Assembly (NCBI GenBank): GCA_024275095.1
Contig: JAJRZV010000024.1
Location: forward strand, 1-51,192
Direction of reading: 5' to 3'
Source: a bacterium
GTDB lineage: Bacteria; JAJRZV01
DNA length: 51,192 bases
Shown in pieces: positions 35,730 through 44,884 of the stretch; within the stretch, counting starts at the first letter, position 1; every line of letters begins with the position of its first letter. The translations under genes and the position numbers were made by a program. The notes below the pieces were generated by a model, which was not told the origin of the DNA, did not search any database, and saw only the letters and a list, made by a program, of their open reading frames with translations.

Positions 35730-38700
35730 CTATCTAATCATACTGATGGTGTTATCATTGTAATTGGTCACGTAAACCGTTCTATACGTATCGTCACGAA
35801 CGGTCACATCGAATGGACCACCACCACCGCTGATGAGCCACCTCACCGTGTTGGTCGCGATATCAATCACGCCCACCTCGTCGTTGTTTCCATCGGTCAC
35901 AAGGGCGTACATACCGTCAGGCGTAATGGCCACGTTTTCAAGCCACGCCCAGAATGAAAAACCCGCTATGGTCTCGGTGTTGGTATTCGTGGCAGTATCT
36001 ATCACCTCAACCGTATCGGTGTTCGTACATCCCACGTAGAGGCTCGAGCCGTCGGGGGTAATGGCTATGCCCCTCGGACCGCAGCCCGGTAAGGCCACGT
36101 TTGCAGTGACCGACCCTGTCGTGAGGTCAACAACGTCCACGCTGTTGTTATTGTTACACGTGACGTATGCCGTGCTGCTATCAGTTGCAGCAGCAACGTA
36201 GTACGGTCCACAACCTGCGCTGAGAGCAACGGTGGTATAGGTGAGGGTCTGGGCATCAATGACATAGAGGTTATCATCCGCGTTGCCGGCCACGCACACC
36301 GTCAGGCCATCGGGAGTAACCGCAACCCCCGCGGGAGAAGCGCCGGTAACCGGTATGGACGCCGTCTGGGCGAGATTCAGGGGATCTGAAATATCAATGA
36401 CCCTCACGGTGGAGTCCCCGTCAGAGGTCACGTACGCCGTGAGACCCGAAGGGTGAACCGCCACATCCCACAACGTCACGCTTGCTCCGGGCACAAGCAC
36501 AACGTCGAGAGGCGAAAGGGAGTCAGCATCGTAGGAGAAGAACAGGTTGTTATCCTTCGCGACAAACAGGGTGTCCCCGTAAACGGCTATCCCTTTCGGG
36601 TTACCGCCACCAGGAATGCTTGCGGAGGTGTCAACAACGCTCGGTTCCCCGATAAACGTGCCAGTGAAAGGCTCGGGATTGCTTATCACACCGCATGCCA
36701 CTTCCATGGGATCCTGCGAAAATGGATTGCCGACCACATCCTGAAGACCGGACGTTACAGTCACGTTATAGGTATGACCCCATATAAGTCTGGAGTTCGG
36801 GGTCAGCTGAAGAATGGATTTGTCTCCCAGTGCACTGATTGTAAATGTCACAGATGATGGGACCGTCGCATCTTCCATCTTTATCGTTGAGCCAGCAACG
36901 GCAGTACCCGTGTTGACGGGCTTAGAAAATGTAATAATATAAGACCCGTCCGTGAGCAAATCACCCTCAAGCGGAGGATCTACAGCGTAAACAGTGAGTG
37001 TTGTGTCGGTATAAAGTGAATACTCACCGTTGAGATACCTGAACACGTAAACCCTTCCACCGGGTACAAGACCCTTGACCGCCGTATTGAACGATGCTTC
37101 CACACCGGTGGCACTGTCTTTCTGAACACCAATGGACGCCTCCTGCGCTGAACCATAATCCCCCATGAACGGTGAATTCATGTACTGAAATTTAATATCG
37201 CCACTGCTTTCGTAAAAGTTCACCTGGAAGTCGAAAGTTTCAGATAAAGATGCATTGTCAGTAAAGTTTATCCACTCGATAGTGAATACCCTGTTGGGAG
37301 CAGTACCAGTCACCTTGTAGTAAACCTGTCCGGTAATACCTGCATTGAGGTCATCAAAAAATGGAGCCACCATGTAATCGGGGTTGGAAGGGTCCGGAAT
37401 GGGATTGTTTTCAAAGTCCGCCCGTAACAGCTCCGTAAAAGAGAGCCATCCGTTGGATGTAACATTGATGGTCTGTCCTTCAGGAAAAACCACGCCGAAA
37501 AACTTCACATCCATTGGTAGGGTCAACAACTTACCGGCATCATCGTCATTCACGGCAAACCCAAGAGAGGTCCCACCTGATGATGCATCCTCAGGACAAA
37601 AGGTAAGATCGGCCAGATTGCCACTGAGCAGATAAGTGTAAGCATTCCTGTATATGGCCACTCCATTGGAGTTGCTCACTTTGAGATCCACAGTGCCCGG
37701 TGTTTCGCTGGCGGGAGTAAGAGCCACGATGGTTGTACTGTCAACCACGGTAAAGTCCGTAACCTGTGCTGTTCCAAGGAAAATCGTGGTATCAGGTGTT
37801 GTTGTGAAACCGTAACCCTTAATGGTAATCCATTCGCCGCCCAGGATACTCCCTGAGTCCGGGGTTACCAGTGTGATGGCCACCGTTGAATCGCTAACGA
37901 CAATCTGGTGTGACGTGGTATTTTCAAGAGTGGAACCATCAGAAAGGCGAGCAGTTACTGTGAGGGTCACGGTGTATGTACCCCTGGTGGTATACGTGTG
38001 TGTAACAACCTCACCGGTGGCAGTAACCGAATCACCAAAATCAAACACGTAGGATATGATTGTGCCGCTGCCAGAGGTAGAACAGGAGGCATCAAAAAAC
38101 ACGGCTTCGTTGGTTGAAGCTGTGGTGGGACCGGTAAAACACGCAACGGGTGGATCACTCACCGATGCCAGGGAAGCAATGGATATCAGTCTGCTGACAG
38201 TGTTGGTAGCGCCGTCATCATCTGTAACAGTAAGGGTTACAATATAATCCCCTTCAGTGGTATAGGTGTGTGAAACACCGGATATGGTGCCTTCCACGGG
38301 GGGAGTGCCATCTCCAAAATCATACGAATACTTGACCACGCGCCCATCAGGGTCATACGATGCAGAGGCATCAAATGCTACGGGCTCGCTTGTGACTCCA
38401 GAGGAAGGAGAGCTGAGCGCAGCCACCGGTGGAACATTATCTGCAATGCTTATCTGTTTCGAAATACTTGATGTGGCACCATCATCGTCTGTTACCGTGA
38501 GGGTGATGACGTAGTTTCCTGCCTGCGTGTACGCGTGAGATGCAGCAGCCACCACGCCGGTGACAGGGGACGTTCCGTCTCCAAAATCATACGAATATTT
38601 AACCACGCGCCCATCAGGATCATATGACGCAGATGCATCAAATGACACAGGCTCGCCTATTGCGCCGGACGAAGGAGAGCTGAGCACAGCCACCGGTGGA

Positions 38701-39038
38701 ACGTTATCTGCAATGCTTATCTGTTTCGAAATACTTGATGTGGCACCATCATCGTCTGTTACCGTGAGGGTGACCGTATAAATTCCTGCACTCGAATACG
38801 CATGTACCGCGGAAAACACGTCGCTGGCGCTTGAACCGTCACCGAAATCAAAACTGCAAGCTGCAACAATACCGTCAAGGTCCGTTGAGCCGGAGCAATC
38901 AAACACCAAGGCTTCATTTATGCGACCGCTTGAAGGACCATCCAGAACCGCGATTGGAGGGCGATTTTTCGGACCTCCACATGAACATACGGCCGCAACC
39001 ACAAAAAATACAATCCATTTACTCCTTTCACTCAACAT
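35730..39038 (-). CDS. Surface lipoprotein: 4 PKD domains, IPT/TIG, nidogen-like region, Ig-like domain, YVTN-type beta-propeller
   Basis: Lipobox VCSC; repeated YDFGDG...H.Y...G.Y.VTLTVTDDDG; VTPDSG..GG..ITI.G.GF; APFFDDL; repeated P.GIAITPDG...YV. Confidence 0.9.
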   Translation of the reverse strand: MLSERSKWIVFFVVAAVCSCGGPKNRPPIAVLDGPSSGRINEALVFDCSGSTDLDGIVAACSFDFGDGSSASDVFSAVHAYSSAGIYTVTLTVTDDDGATSSISKQISIADNVPPVAVLSSPSSGAIGEPVSFDASASYDPDGRVVKYSYDFGDGTSPVTGVVAAASHAYTQAGNYVITLTVTDDDGATSSISKQISIADNVPPVAALSSPSSGVTSEPVAFDASASYDPDGRVVKYSYDFGDGTPPVEGTISGVSHTYTTEGDYIVTLTVTDDDGATNTVSRLISIASLASVSDPPVACFTGPTTASTNEAVFFDASCSTSGSGTIISYVFDFGDSVTATGEVVTHTYTTRGTYTVTLTVTARLSDGSTLENTTSHQIVVSDSTVAITLVTPDSGSILGGEWITIKGYGFTTTPDTTIFLGTAQVTDFTVVDSTTIVALTPASETPGTVDLKVSNSNGVAIYRNAYTYLLSGNLADLTFCPEDASSGGTSLGFAVNDDDAGKLLTLPMDVKFFGVVFPEGQTINVTSNGWLSFTELLRADFENNPIPDPSNPDYMVAPFFDDLNAGITGQVYYKVTGTAPNRVFTIEWINFTDNASLSETFDFQVNFYESSGDIKFQYMNSPFMGDYGSAQEASIGVQKDSATGVEASFNTAVKGLVPGGRVYVFRYLNGEYSLYTDTTLTVYAVDPPLEGDLLTDGSYIITFSKPVNTGTAVAGSTIKMEDATVPSSVTFTISALGDKSILQLTPNSRLIWGHTYNVTVTSGLQDVVGNPFSQDPMEVACGVISNPEPFTGTFIGEPSVVDTSASIPGGGNPKGIAVYGDTLFVAKDNNLFFSYDADSLSPLDVVLVPGASVTLWDVAVHPSGLTAYVTSDGDSTVRVIDISDPLNLAQTASIPVTGASPAGVAVTPDGLTVCVAGNADDNLYVIDAQTLTYTTVALSAGCGPYYVAAATDSSTAYVTCNNNNSVDVVDLTTGSVTANVALPGCGPRGIAITPDGSSLYVGCTNTDTVEVIDTATNTNTETIAGFSFWAWLENVAITPDGMYALVTDGNNDEVGVIDIATNTVRWLISGGGGPFDVTVRDDTYRTVYVTNYNDNTISMIR
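38311..38775. repeat. Near-identical intragenic duplication of PKD-coding DNA, period 267 nt
   Basis: About 38311-38508 matches about 38578-38775, including an exact shared stretch TTATCTGCAATGCTTATCTGTTTCGAAATACTTGATGTGGCACCATCATCGTCTGTTACCGTGAGGGTGA. Confidence 0.9.
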
Positions 39039-39062
39039 GTGTTCACCTCCTCCCTCGGTTTA

Positions 39063-39674
39063 TTAAAAATAAAAATGGAATCCTGCCAGACCGAAAATGC
39101 CCGGATTAAGGGCCAGTGAGTAATTATCACCTATCTGCTGGTACTCAACCCCCATCTCCAGGTCAAGAGCCAGGCTCTGCACAAGCGGAATAAAAAATTC
39201 CGTCCCTGCTCCGCTGTGAACAAAGAAACCCCTGCCTTCACGGTACTTATCACTGCTCCACCGGAAAATACCCCCTGATCCCAGAAATACATAAAAATTG
39301 ATACGGTTTCTTCGCACAACATTAAAATTCAGTCTGCCACCAATGTAAAGTTCCACGTCACGCTGCTCCACGGTATAAGTCGAATTGTTAAAAGAAACGG
39401 CTTCGGAAAACTTTCTCAAGGAAACACCGGTGAAAAACTGCATCCCAAAAGTTGGATTTACCCAGTATTTTACAGAGAGGCGTGGCGAGGGATTCAAAGA
39501 AGTATCCAGGCCCACAACAGCACCAAGCCCAACCTGATTCCTCAAATTAATGAGCACCACCCTCCTCTTCTTCCCCCTCTCAGCTGCCTTCCCATTAGCG
39601 GGCAAACCAATACATACCAATCCCACCACGGCGGAAACAATACACACCATTGTTTTCCTTTTATACCAATACAT
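39063..39674 (-). CDS. Small outer-membrane beta-barrel protein
   Basis: Signal peptide, alternating amphipathic strands (LSVKYW, GAGTEFF, LDLEMG), C-terminal AGFHFYF ending in Phe (BAM signal). Confidence 0.8.
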   Translation of the reverse strand: MYWYKRKTMVCIVSAVVGLVCIGLPANGKAAERGKKRRVVLINLRNQVGLGAVVGLDTSLNPSPRLSVKYWVNPTFGMQFFTGVSLRKFSEAVSFNNSTYTVEQRDVELYIGGRLNFNVVRRNRINFYVFLGSGGIFRWSSDKYREGRGFFVHSGAGTEFFIPLVQSLALDLEMGVEYQQIGDNYSLALNPGIFGLAGFHFYF

Positions 39675-39743
39675 TCTTCCCTCCCTCGGGCTTAAATAAA
39701 AAAATATTTTTTCACTTCGGCCGAAAATATATGGTTAAAGGAA

Positions 39744-39772
39744 ATTATATACCAGGCCACAACCCGAGTCAA
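39744..39772 (-). promoter_or_regulatory. Near-consensus sigma70 promoter for the beta-barrel/PKD pair
   Basis: TTGACT (39772-39767), 17 nt, TATAAT (39749-39744). Confidence 0.75.
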
Positions 39773-39802
39773 GTTTTTCATGGAAGAAAAAACAATTCCA
39801 TA

Positions 39803-41098
39803 TCACCGATTAAACATGTTGTTAACCGAATGGTATATTTCAATCAATCTTTCATCCGGAACATGACACCATGAACGAGGTGTATCTGTAAATACAAGAC
39901 GGTGCCATTCGACTGCTCTGTTTCGAACTTCATCAGCCACAAGGGCAAACAATTCACTGCCGGGACGGGGTTGACACAAACTCCATGAACAGGCATCAAG
40001 CTCAAGTTCCTGAGCAAGCCGAACAGTTTGCCAGATATCATCTTCGGTTTCGCCTGGAATACCTATCATGAAAAAGCCAGCCACTTTTACGTAGTCTTTC
40101 AAAATCTTAACAGCCCTTGCTATCTGTTCAACTGTGATACCTTTCTTCAAAACCTTCAGGCTTTTATCCGTACCAGTCTCAATCCCGAGGTCCACTTGTA
40201 CAAGTCCCCGCTGGACAAGCATTTCGATTTCGTCTTTCCTTACCAAGTCAACCCTCGTGTTCATCTGCCATTTCAAGCCAGGAGCAAGATTATTCAGTTC
40301 GCTTGAAAACTCTTCTATCCATTTTCTATTGAGATTGAGAATGCTGTCCTTAAACCACACACCTTCAAGATTATATCTTTCGACCAGCGAGGCAATTTCC
40401 TCTGCAGCTCTGTGGGGTTCCATTGCTCGCCAGCGTTTGCCCATGGTCGAATGCACGGCACAGAACGAACAATGGTACGGGCAACCCCGCGTTACCATCA
40501 CGGGAAGGGCTCTCAGTTTTCGAAGCTGTCCGGTGTAAGAAATATAGTTTTCCGCCGGAAGGAGCGAATACTCCGGGAAGGGTATTTCACGATTATTCAA
40601 CAACTTCCTTATGAAAATCACTCCCCGTGGTTCAGTTCCCTGCTTCAGTTCGGAAACAAGCCTGAGAAATCCCTTTTCACCCTCACCCGTAACAACCGCG
40701 TCTGCTCCGGTTTCTTCATACACCTCATGTGGAAACACAGTTGGATGAACACCTCCCATGACCAGAAAAATGCGCGGGTATCTTTTCTTAATTTCCCTGG
40801 CAATTGAAAGACCAGAGGGATAGTTAGGAGTGAGACACGATATGCCCACTATCCTGGGAGCTGAGTCATCCACCCTTTCAAGCACATCTTTCCTGGTCAA
40901 CATTTCGCCCGTACCGTCGACAATTTCCACGTCAAGATGGTTATCCTTCAGCACTCGGGCTATTGAGGCGATCCCCAGAGGCGGCTCAAAAGGTTTGATG
41001 TACATGTTACCTGCGCGGATCCAGTGCGCGTAGCGAACTTCTCTCTCTTTCAGGTCTGCAGGTTCGAGTAGTGGGGGATTAATAAGCATTATTTTCAT
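39803..41098 (-). CDS. Cobalamin-binding radical SAM protein
   Basis: LINPP, PPLGIASIA, GGVHPT, GEGE, TRGCPYHCSFC, FMIGIPGET. Confidence 0.92.
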   Translation of the reverse strand: MKIMLINPPLLEPADLKEREVRYAHWIRAGNMYIKPFEPPLGIASIARVLKDNHLDVEIVDGTGEMLTRKDVLERVDDSAPRIVGISCLTPNYPSGLSIAREIKKRYPRIFLVMGGVHPTVFPHEVYEETGADAVVTGEGEKGFLRLVSELKQGTEPRGVIFIRKLLNNREIPFPEYSLLPAENYISYTGQLRKLRALPVMVTRGCPYHCSFCAVHSTMGKRWRAMEPHRAAEEIASLVERYNLEGVWFKDSILNLNRKWIEEFSSELNNLAPGLKWQMNTRVDLVRKDEIEMLVQRGLVQVDLGIETGTDKSLKVLKKGITVEQIARAVKILKDYVKVAGFFMIGIPGETEDDIWQTVRLAQELELDACSWSLCQPRPGSELFALVADEVRNRAVEWHRLVFTDTPRSWCHVPDERLIEIYHSVNNMFNR

Positions 41099-41772
41099 GA
41101 AGGTTTCCTGGCAACAAATACAGTAAACATATTTTTTAAACCGATGTTGCGTGTATATCGGGTATGCTCCAGTTCATGATGGTGCATGTAAAGAATTTCA
41201 AGATCTTTCAAAAGGTTCTCCAGTTCCTCGTCGGTGAAAAAGTGATAGATGGTACCTCTTATATCGCTGATGGTTGTTACCTGGTATGTATTGGATTGCA
41301 CCGGTTCTTCACGAGACTTCAACAATAAAGCAAGGGCATTATCAACATTGCGGACACTCGCAACAAACACCCCACCGGGCCGAAGTACGCGGTAAATCTC
41401 AAAAAATGTTCCTTGAATCTTCGAAATGTTCCCCAGATGAAGTACACGCCAGGCAAGAACAATATCAAATAAAGCGTCAGGAAAAGGAAGGTGCTCCATG
41501 TCTCCCCTCACAAGAGGCGCAACCACATGTGCACGGCGTGACACAAGTAAAGCCCGATGTGAAATATCCAATCCCAGAACGCTGATGCTGAATCGTTTCA
41601 GTATTTCGATATGCCTGCCTGTGCCACACCCCACGTCAAGAGCATTTTTCTGTCCCGTCGGCACGTAACGCAAAAGCAAATCTTCAACAAGAGGGTCAGG
41701 AACCTGAATATCATACCCCCCTTCATTAAATACACGGTCCCACGCATTGCCGTGTGTTTTATCGCATGTCAA
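41095..41772 (-). CDS. Class I SAM-dependent methyltransferase
   Basis: LDVGCGTGRH, GLDIS, LPFPDALFD, RVLRPGG; TTG start. Confidence 0.9.
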   Translation of the reverse strand: MTCDKTHGNAWDRVFNEGGYDIQVPDPLVEDLLLRYVPTGQKNALDVGCGTGRHIEILKRFSISVLGLDISHRALLVSRRAHVVAPLVRGDMEHLPFPDALFDIVLAWRVLHLGNISKIQGTFFEIYRVLRPGGVFVASVRNVDNALALLLKSREEPVQSNTYQVTTISDIRGTIYHFFTDEELENLLKDLEILYMHHHELEHTRYTRNIGLKNMFTVFVARKPS

Positions 41773-41777
41773 AATCT

Positions 41778-43010
41778 TTACCCCATTGCGGAAATGACAA
41801 TTTCAGTAATATCCCTCATGATCAGCGAGGAATTTTTAGCAGCAATAGCATCTTTCAGGCTCTGGTAGCAAAACGGACAGGCAGTTACAAATTCTGAAGC
41901 TCCTGTTTTTTCCGCATCCTCAACCAGTCTGCGAGACATGCTCACCTGAATTTCAGTGAATCCCGCCTTGAGCCCTCCACCCGCTCCACAACACCGGGAG
42001 TAAATGCCCGAACGTTCCATCTCGAGAAGTTTAAGGCCGGGGACGCTTTTTAGTATCTCACGGGGCTCGTTGAAAAGCCCGTTGTGTCTCCCGAGGTGAC
42101 ACGGATCATGGTAGGTAACCGCAAGATCAACTTCACGAGAGAGACTCAGTTTTCCCTTTACTATCAGTTGATAAATAAACTCCGTCATATGATACACGCG
42201 GAATGGAAATTGGGAATATTTGGGATAGTCCTGCCTGAGGGTTTTAAAACAGCCCGAACAGGAGGTCACGATGATTTCTGCTTCCAGCGAAAGGAATTTT
42301 TCAACGTTCTTTCTCACCTGTTGCAGGAACACATCCTTCACACCCATACGCAGGGGTGTACTGCCGCAACAGTATTCCTCAGGCCCCAGGATTCCATAGT
42401 CAATACCTACACGGTTCATTATTTCTGCAAAATTGATGGCAACCTCGCGGATGTTCTGGTCATAAGAAGCCGTACACCCAACAAAGTAAAGAATTTCAGC
42501 TTTATTTTTACCGCGGGAGAGGTCCTTTACAGGCGCGGACAGGCGCCTCTCCCTGTAGGCTCTGTCTGCCCACCTGCGTCGTGCAGACCGCGGCTGCATC
42601 CACGGATTGTCATAGTTTTTTATACTTTGAACAAGTGGATGCTGTGCCTCAAGAGGTCCATATCCGGCATTAACAAAAATTTCTCTTATCTCCTCCCATA
42701 GCTCAATAGTGTCAATTCGGGAAGGACACACAAACGAGCACTGACCACAAACCGAACACCTGTAGAGCGCATCACGAAGGAAATAAATGTCCTTCTCCTG
42801 GATACGCCTGCCGAAAATGGAAAGGAACGGGTTTGTACCTGCCCGGATGGCTTTCTTTATAAGGTAGATTTTGTAAAAAGGGGGCACCTCCCGTGCACTG
42901 GTTTCAGCATATACGGGACACATCTCCACACACGTACCACATCGTGCACATGCAGACAGGTCAATCCGTCTCTTGAGGGGCAGATTGTGGAACGCGAGAC
43001 CACCGGCCAT
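41778..43010 (-). CDS. HdrD/GlpC-like Fe-S protein (2x4Fe-4S + two CCG domains)
   Basis: CARCGTCVEMCP, CSVCGQCSFVCP, YCCG, CSGC, YHDPCHLGR, RCCGAGGG, CPFC. Confidence 0.93.
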   Translation of the reverse strand: MAGGLAFHNLPLKRRIDLSACARCGTCVEMCPVYAETSAREVPPFYKIYLIKKAIRAGTNPFLSIFGRRIQEKDIYFLRDALYRCSVCGQCSFVCPSRIDTIELWEEIREIFVNAGYGPLEAQHPLVQSIKNYDNPWMQPRSARRRWADRAYRERRLSAPVKDLSRGKNKAEILYFVGCTASYDQNIREVAINFAEIMNRVGIDYGILGPEEYCCGSTPLRMGVKDVFLQQVRKNVEKFLSLEAEIIVTSCSGCFKTLRQDYPKYSQFPFRVYHMTEFIYQLIVKGKLSLSREVDLAVTYHDPCHLGRHNGLFNEPREILKSVPGLKLLEMERSGIYSRCCGAGGGLKAGFTEIQVSMSRRLVEDAEKTGASEFVTACPFCYQSLKDAIAAKNSSLIMRDITEIVISAMG

Positions 43011-43704
43011 AAATATCCTCCCTTGACCCTTTCTCCAGAAGAGTCAACAATAGATTTAGAGGAACAGTGAACATGTGAACAAGTTTCGTGAAGGGAATCA
43101 GCACCACCACAGTAACAATCAGCGCAATGTGAAGAAAGAAAACATGGCTGTAATGTACGGCAGTCCAGTTGATAAAAACCCCGGGCACAACATGCGCAAT
43201 GATGCCACCTTTCGTATACGCGTATTTCACACCGGCAAGAAGTATTCCTGTAACGGCTATTGCAAAAATTAGAAATGTGGATGTGAGATCTTCATAAAGT
43301 GCAGGAGATACGTGTCGACCAAAGGTAAAAAAACGACGGGCTAACAGAAGAAGAGAAGACACAACTAAACCTGCAGCCATTATATCGTGGATGAGAATAG
43401 CTGAATCTCCCCCTGTAACGACACCAGCAAAAGAGGGAACAAAGTAATACACTACAAAAAAAACAAAGCACACCGTCATAATAAAATGTGCTGCCCACCT
43501 GAAAAGGCTGTAACGAGCGATATTCCATTGAAGCACGACTTCTCCAACAACAACCTTCACAGTGCTCTTTACAGACGGGCGGTTCACGTGCATACCCGGG
43601 TCTTTCACAGTGACCAGCAAAGTAATGGCGTACACAGCGTACAGGGCCAGTAAGCCTGTACATACCCAGAATATCATTGTTTTTATGTCAGATACCTGCA
43701 GCAT
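42961..43704 (-). CDS. NarI/HdrE-like b-type cytochrome membrane anchor
   Basis: Several TM helices with candidate heme-ligand His (WAAH, LIHD, FLHIAL, FTKLVHMF); start placed at ATG 43704; directly upstream of the HdrD-like gene. Confidence 0.78.
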   Translation of the reverse strand: MLQVSDIKTMIFWVCTGLLALYAVYAITLLVTVKDPGMHVNRPSVKSTVKVVVGEVVLQWNIARYSLFRWAAHFIMTVCFVFFVVYYFVPSFAGVVTGGDSAILIHDIMAAGLVVSSLLLLARRFFTFGRHVSPALYEDLTSTFLIFAIAVTGILLAGVKYAYTKGGIIAHVVPGVFINWTAVHYSHVFFLHIALIVTVVVLIPFTKLVHMFTVPLNLLLTLLEKGSREDIYGRWSRVPQSAPQETD

Positions 43705-44884
43705 TTTCAGAAGACAGGTCTCTTTTTTCGGTTCGCATTGCCCGAAAATGCCAGTTGAACACGTGTGAAGCGCAGGAGTTGAGGCTGGACAACAGTGTTC
43801 CTGCTTCAAGCTCTCCCGACTTCACATGAGAAAGAGACTCTTCCAGTAAGGTCCTTACCTCTTCTACTTCCTCGGGAAGTGCAATAGCATTTCTCTTACG
43901 TCGCACTTTATCCCATATGGCGTTAACAAAGGTGAGGAAATGATAAGCCATCAGGTACTTTGAACCCTTCCATCCTTCGAGTCTGCGCGTTTTGCTTTCC
44001 AGAGCTATTCTCAAATTACTTGCAAGTGCTCTGATCTTGTGTATATCCAAAGCATCCACATGAGAGACTTCTTTTTCTGCTTCTGTACGCTTTCCTTCGC
44101 AAACGAGAAGTTTTCCCAGGATTAGATTGGCTTCTTCATATTCAGGATGCTCAATATGAGGACCAAACGCGTAAATTTTTAAGTCCTTGTGTGCAGCTCT
44201 CACTGCTGCAGCTCGACCTGTATAAATTTCATCCGCAAACTCCCTGTCCACAAGGAATTCCGTTTTGTCTGTAAAACCGCAATAGCGTGCAATCACCTCG
44301 ACTTCCTCGGTCTCTTCCATTACAGGTCCGCCGTAAATGGGTGCTGTAATTATGCCTTTGGATACAAACGGGAAATTCTTCACCACGTGTATCTCAATCT
44401 CTCCCCTCACCGGATGAAATACATACCTGCATCCGTATGGCTGGGCGAACTTCTCCTTCATGCGAACAGGTTCGGGAATGACCTCGCGCAGATTGGCTAT
44501 AGGAGCACGGATAAAATTGAAAAGGTTCAAAGGTTCCTTTGACGAACGAAGAACGAGGTATCCTCCAGCGCATGTACCAATATAAAGTCCTCCTGACCTT
44601 ATAAAACTGCGAAGGGCGGTTGCACCTTCATGTCCCAGGCTTTCTGCTATGGCAAAGGTGTCACCTCCGGATACCACACATGCTCCGGCACCGGAAAGCA
44701 CATCAAACGTCAAAGAAGCCGAAAAAACAACCCTTTTCCACCCGAGAGCCTCAAGTGTCTCACCCACCCAAAGCCACGAGTGAGACGTGCCTTCTCCGGT
44801 ATATACCACAACCCAGGACTCTTCTTCCGGAAAGGTGTGAATAAATCGGCGCAGTGCTGCTCTGGACTTTATTTCAGGGAGCAT
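43688..44884 (-). CDS. BPL-N domain protein (class I glutamine amidotransferase-like fold)
   Basis: VVYTGEG, VVSGG, FIRSGGLYIGTCAGGY, YGGP, GPHIEH; start placed at ATG 44884. Confidence 0.8.
   Translation of the reverse strand: MLPEIKSRAALRRFIHTFPEEESWVVVYTGEGTSHSWLWVGETLEALGWKRVVFSASLTFDVLSGAGACVVSGGDTFAIAESLGHEGATALRSFIRSGGLYIGTCAGGYLVLRSSKEPLNLFNFIRAPIANLREVIPEPVRMKEKFAQPYGCRYVFHPVRGEIEIHVVKNFPFVSKGIITAPIYGGPVMEETEEVEVIARYCGFTDKTEFLVDREFADEIYTGRAAAVRAAHKDLKIYAFGPHIEHPEYEEANLILGKLLVCEGKRTEAEKEVSHVDALDIHKIRALASNLRIALESKTRRLEGWKGSKYLMAYHFLTFVNAIWDKVRRKRNAIALPEEVEEVRTLLEESLSHVKSGELEAGTLLSSLNSCASHVFNWHFRAMRTEKRDLSSENAAGI

Noticed and set aside
38311-38775. Direct repeats as a possible CRISPR array or mobile-element ends
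   Set aside because: In-frame 267-nt period inside a coding sequence matching PKD domains; no spacers or cas genes.
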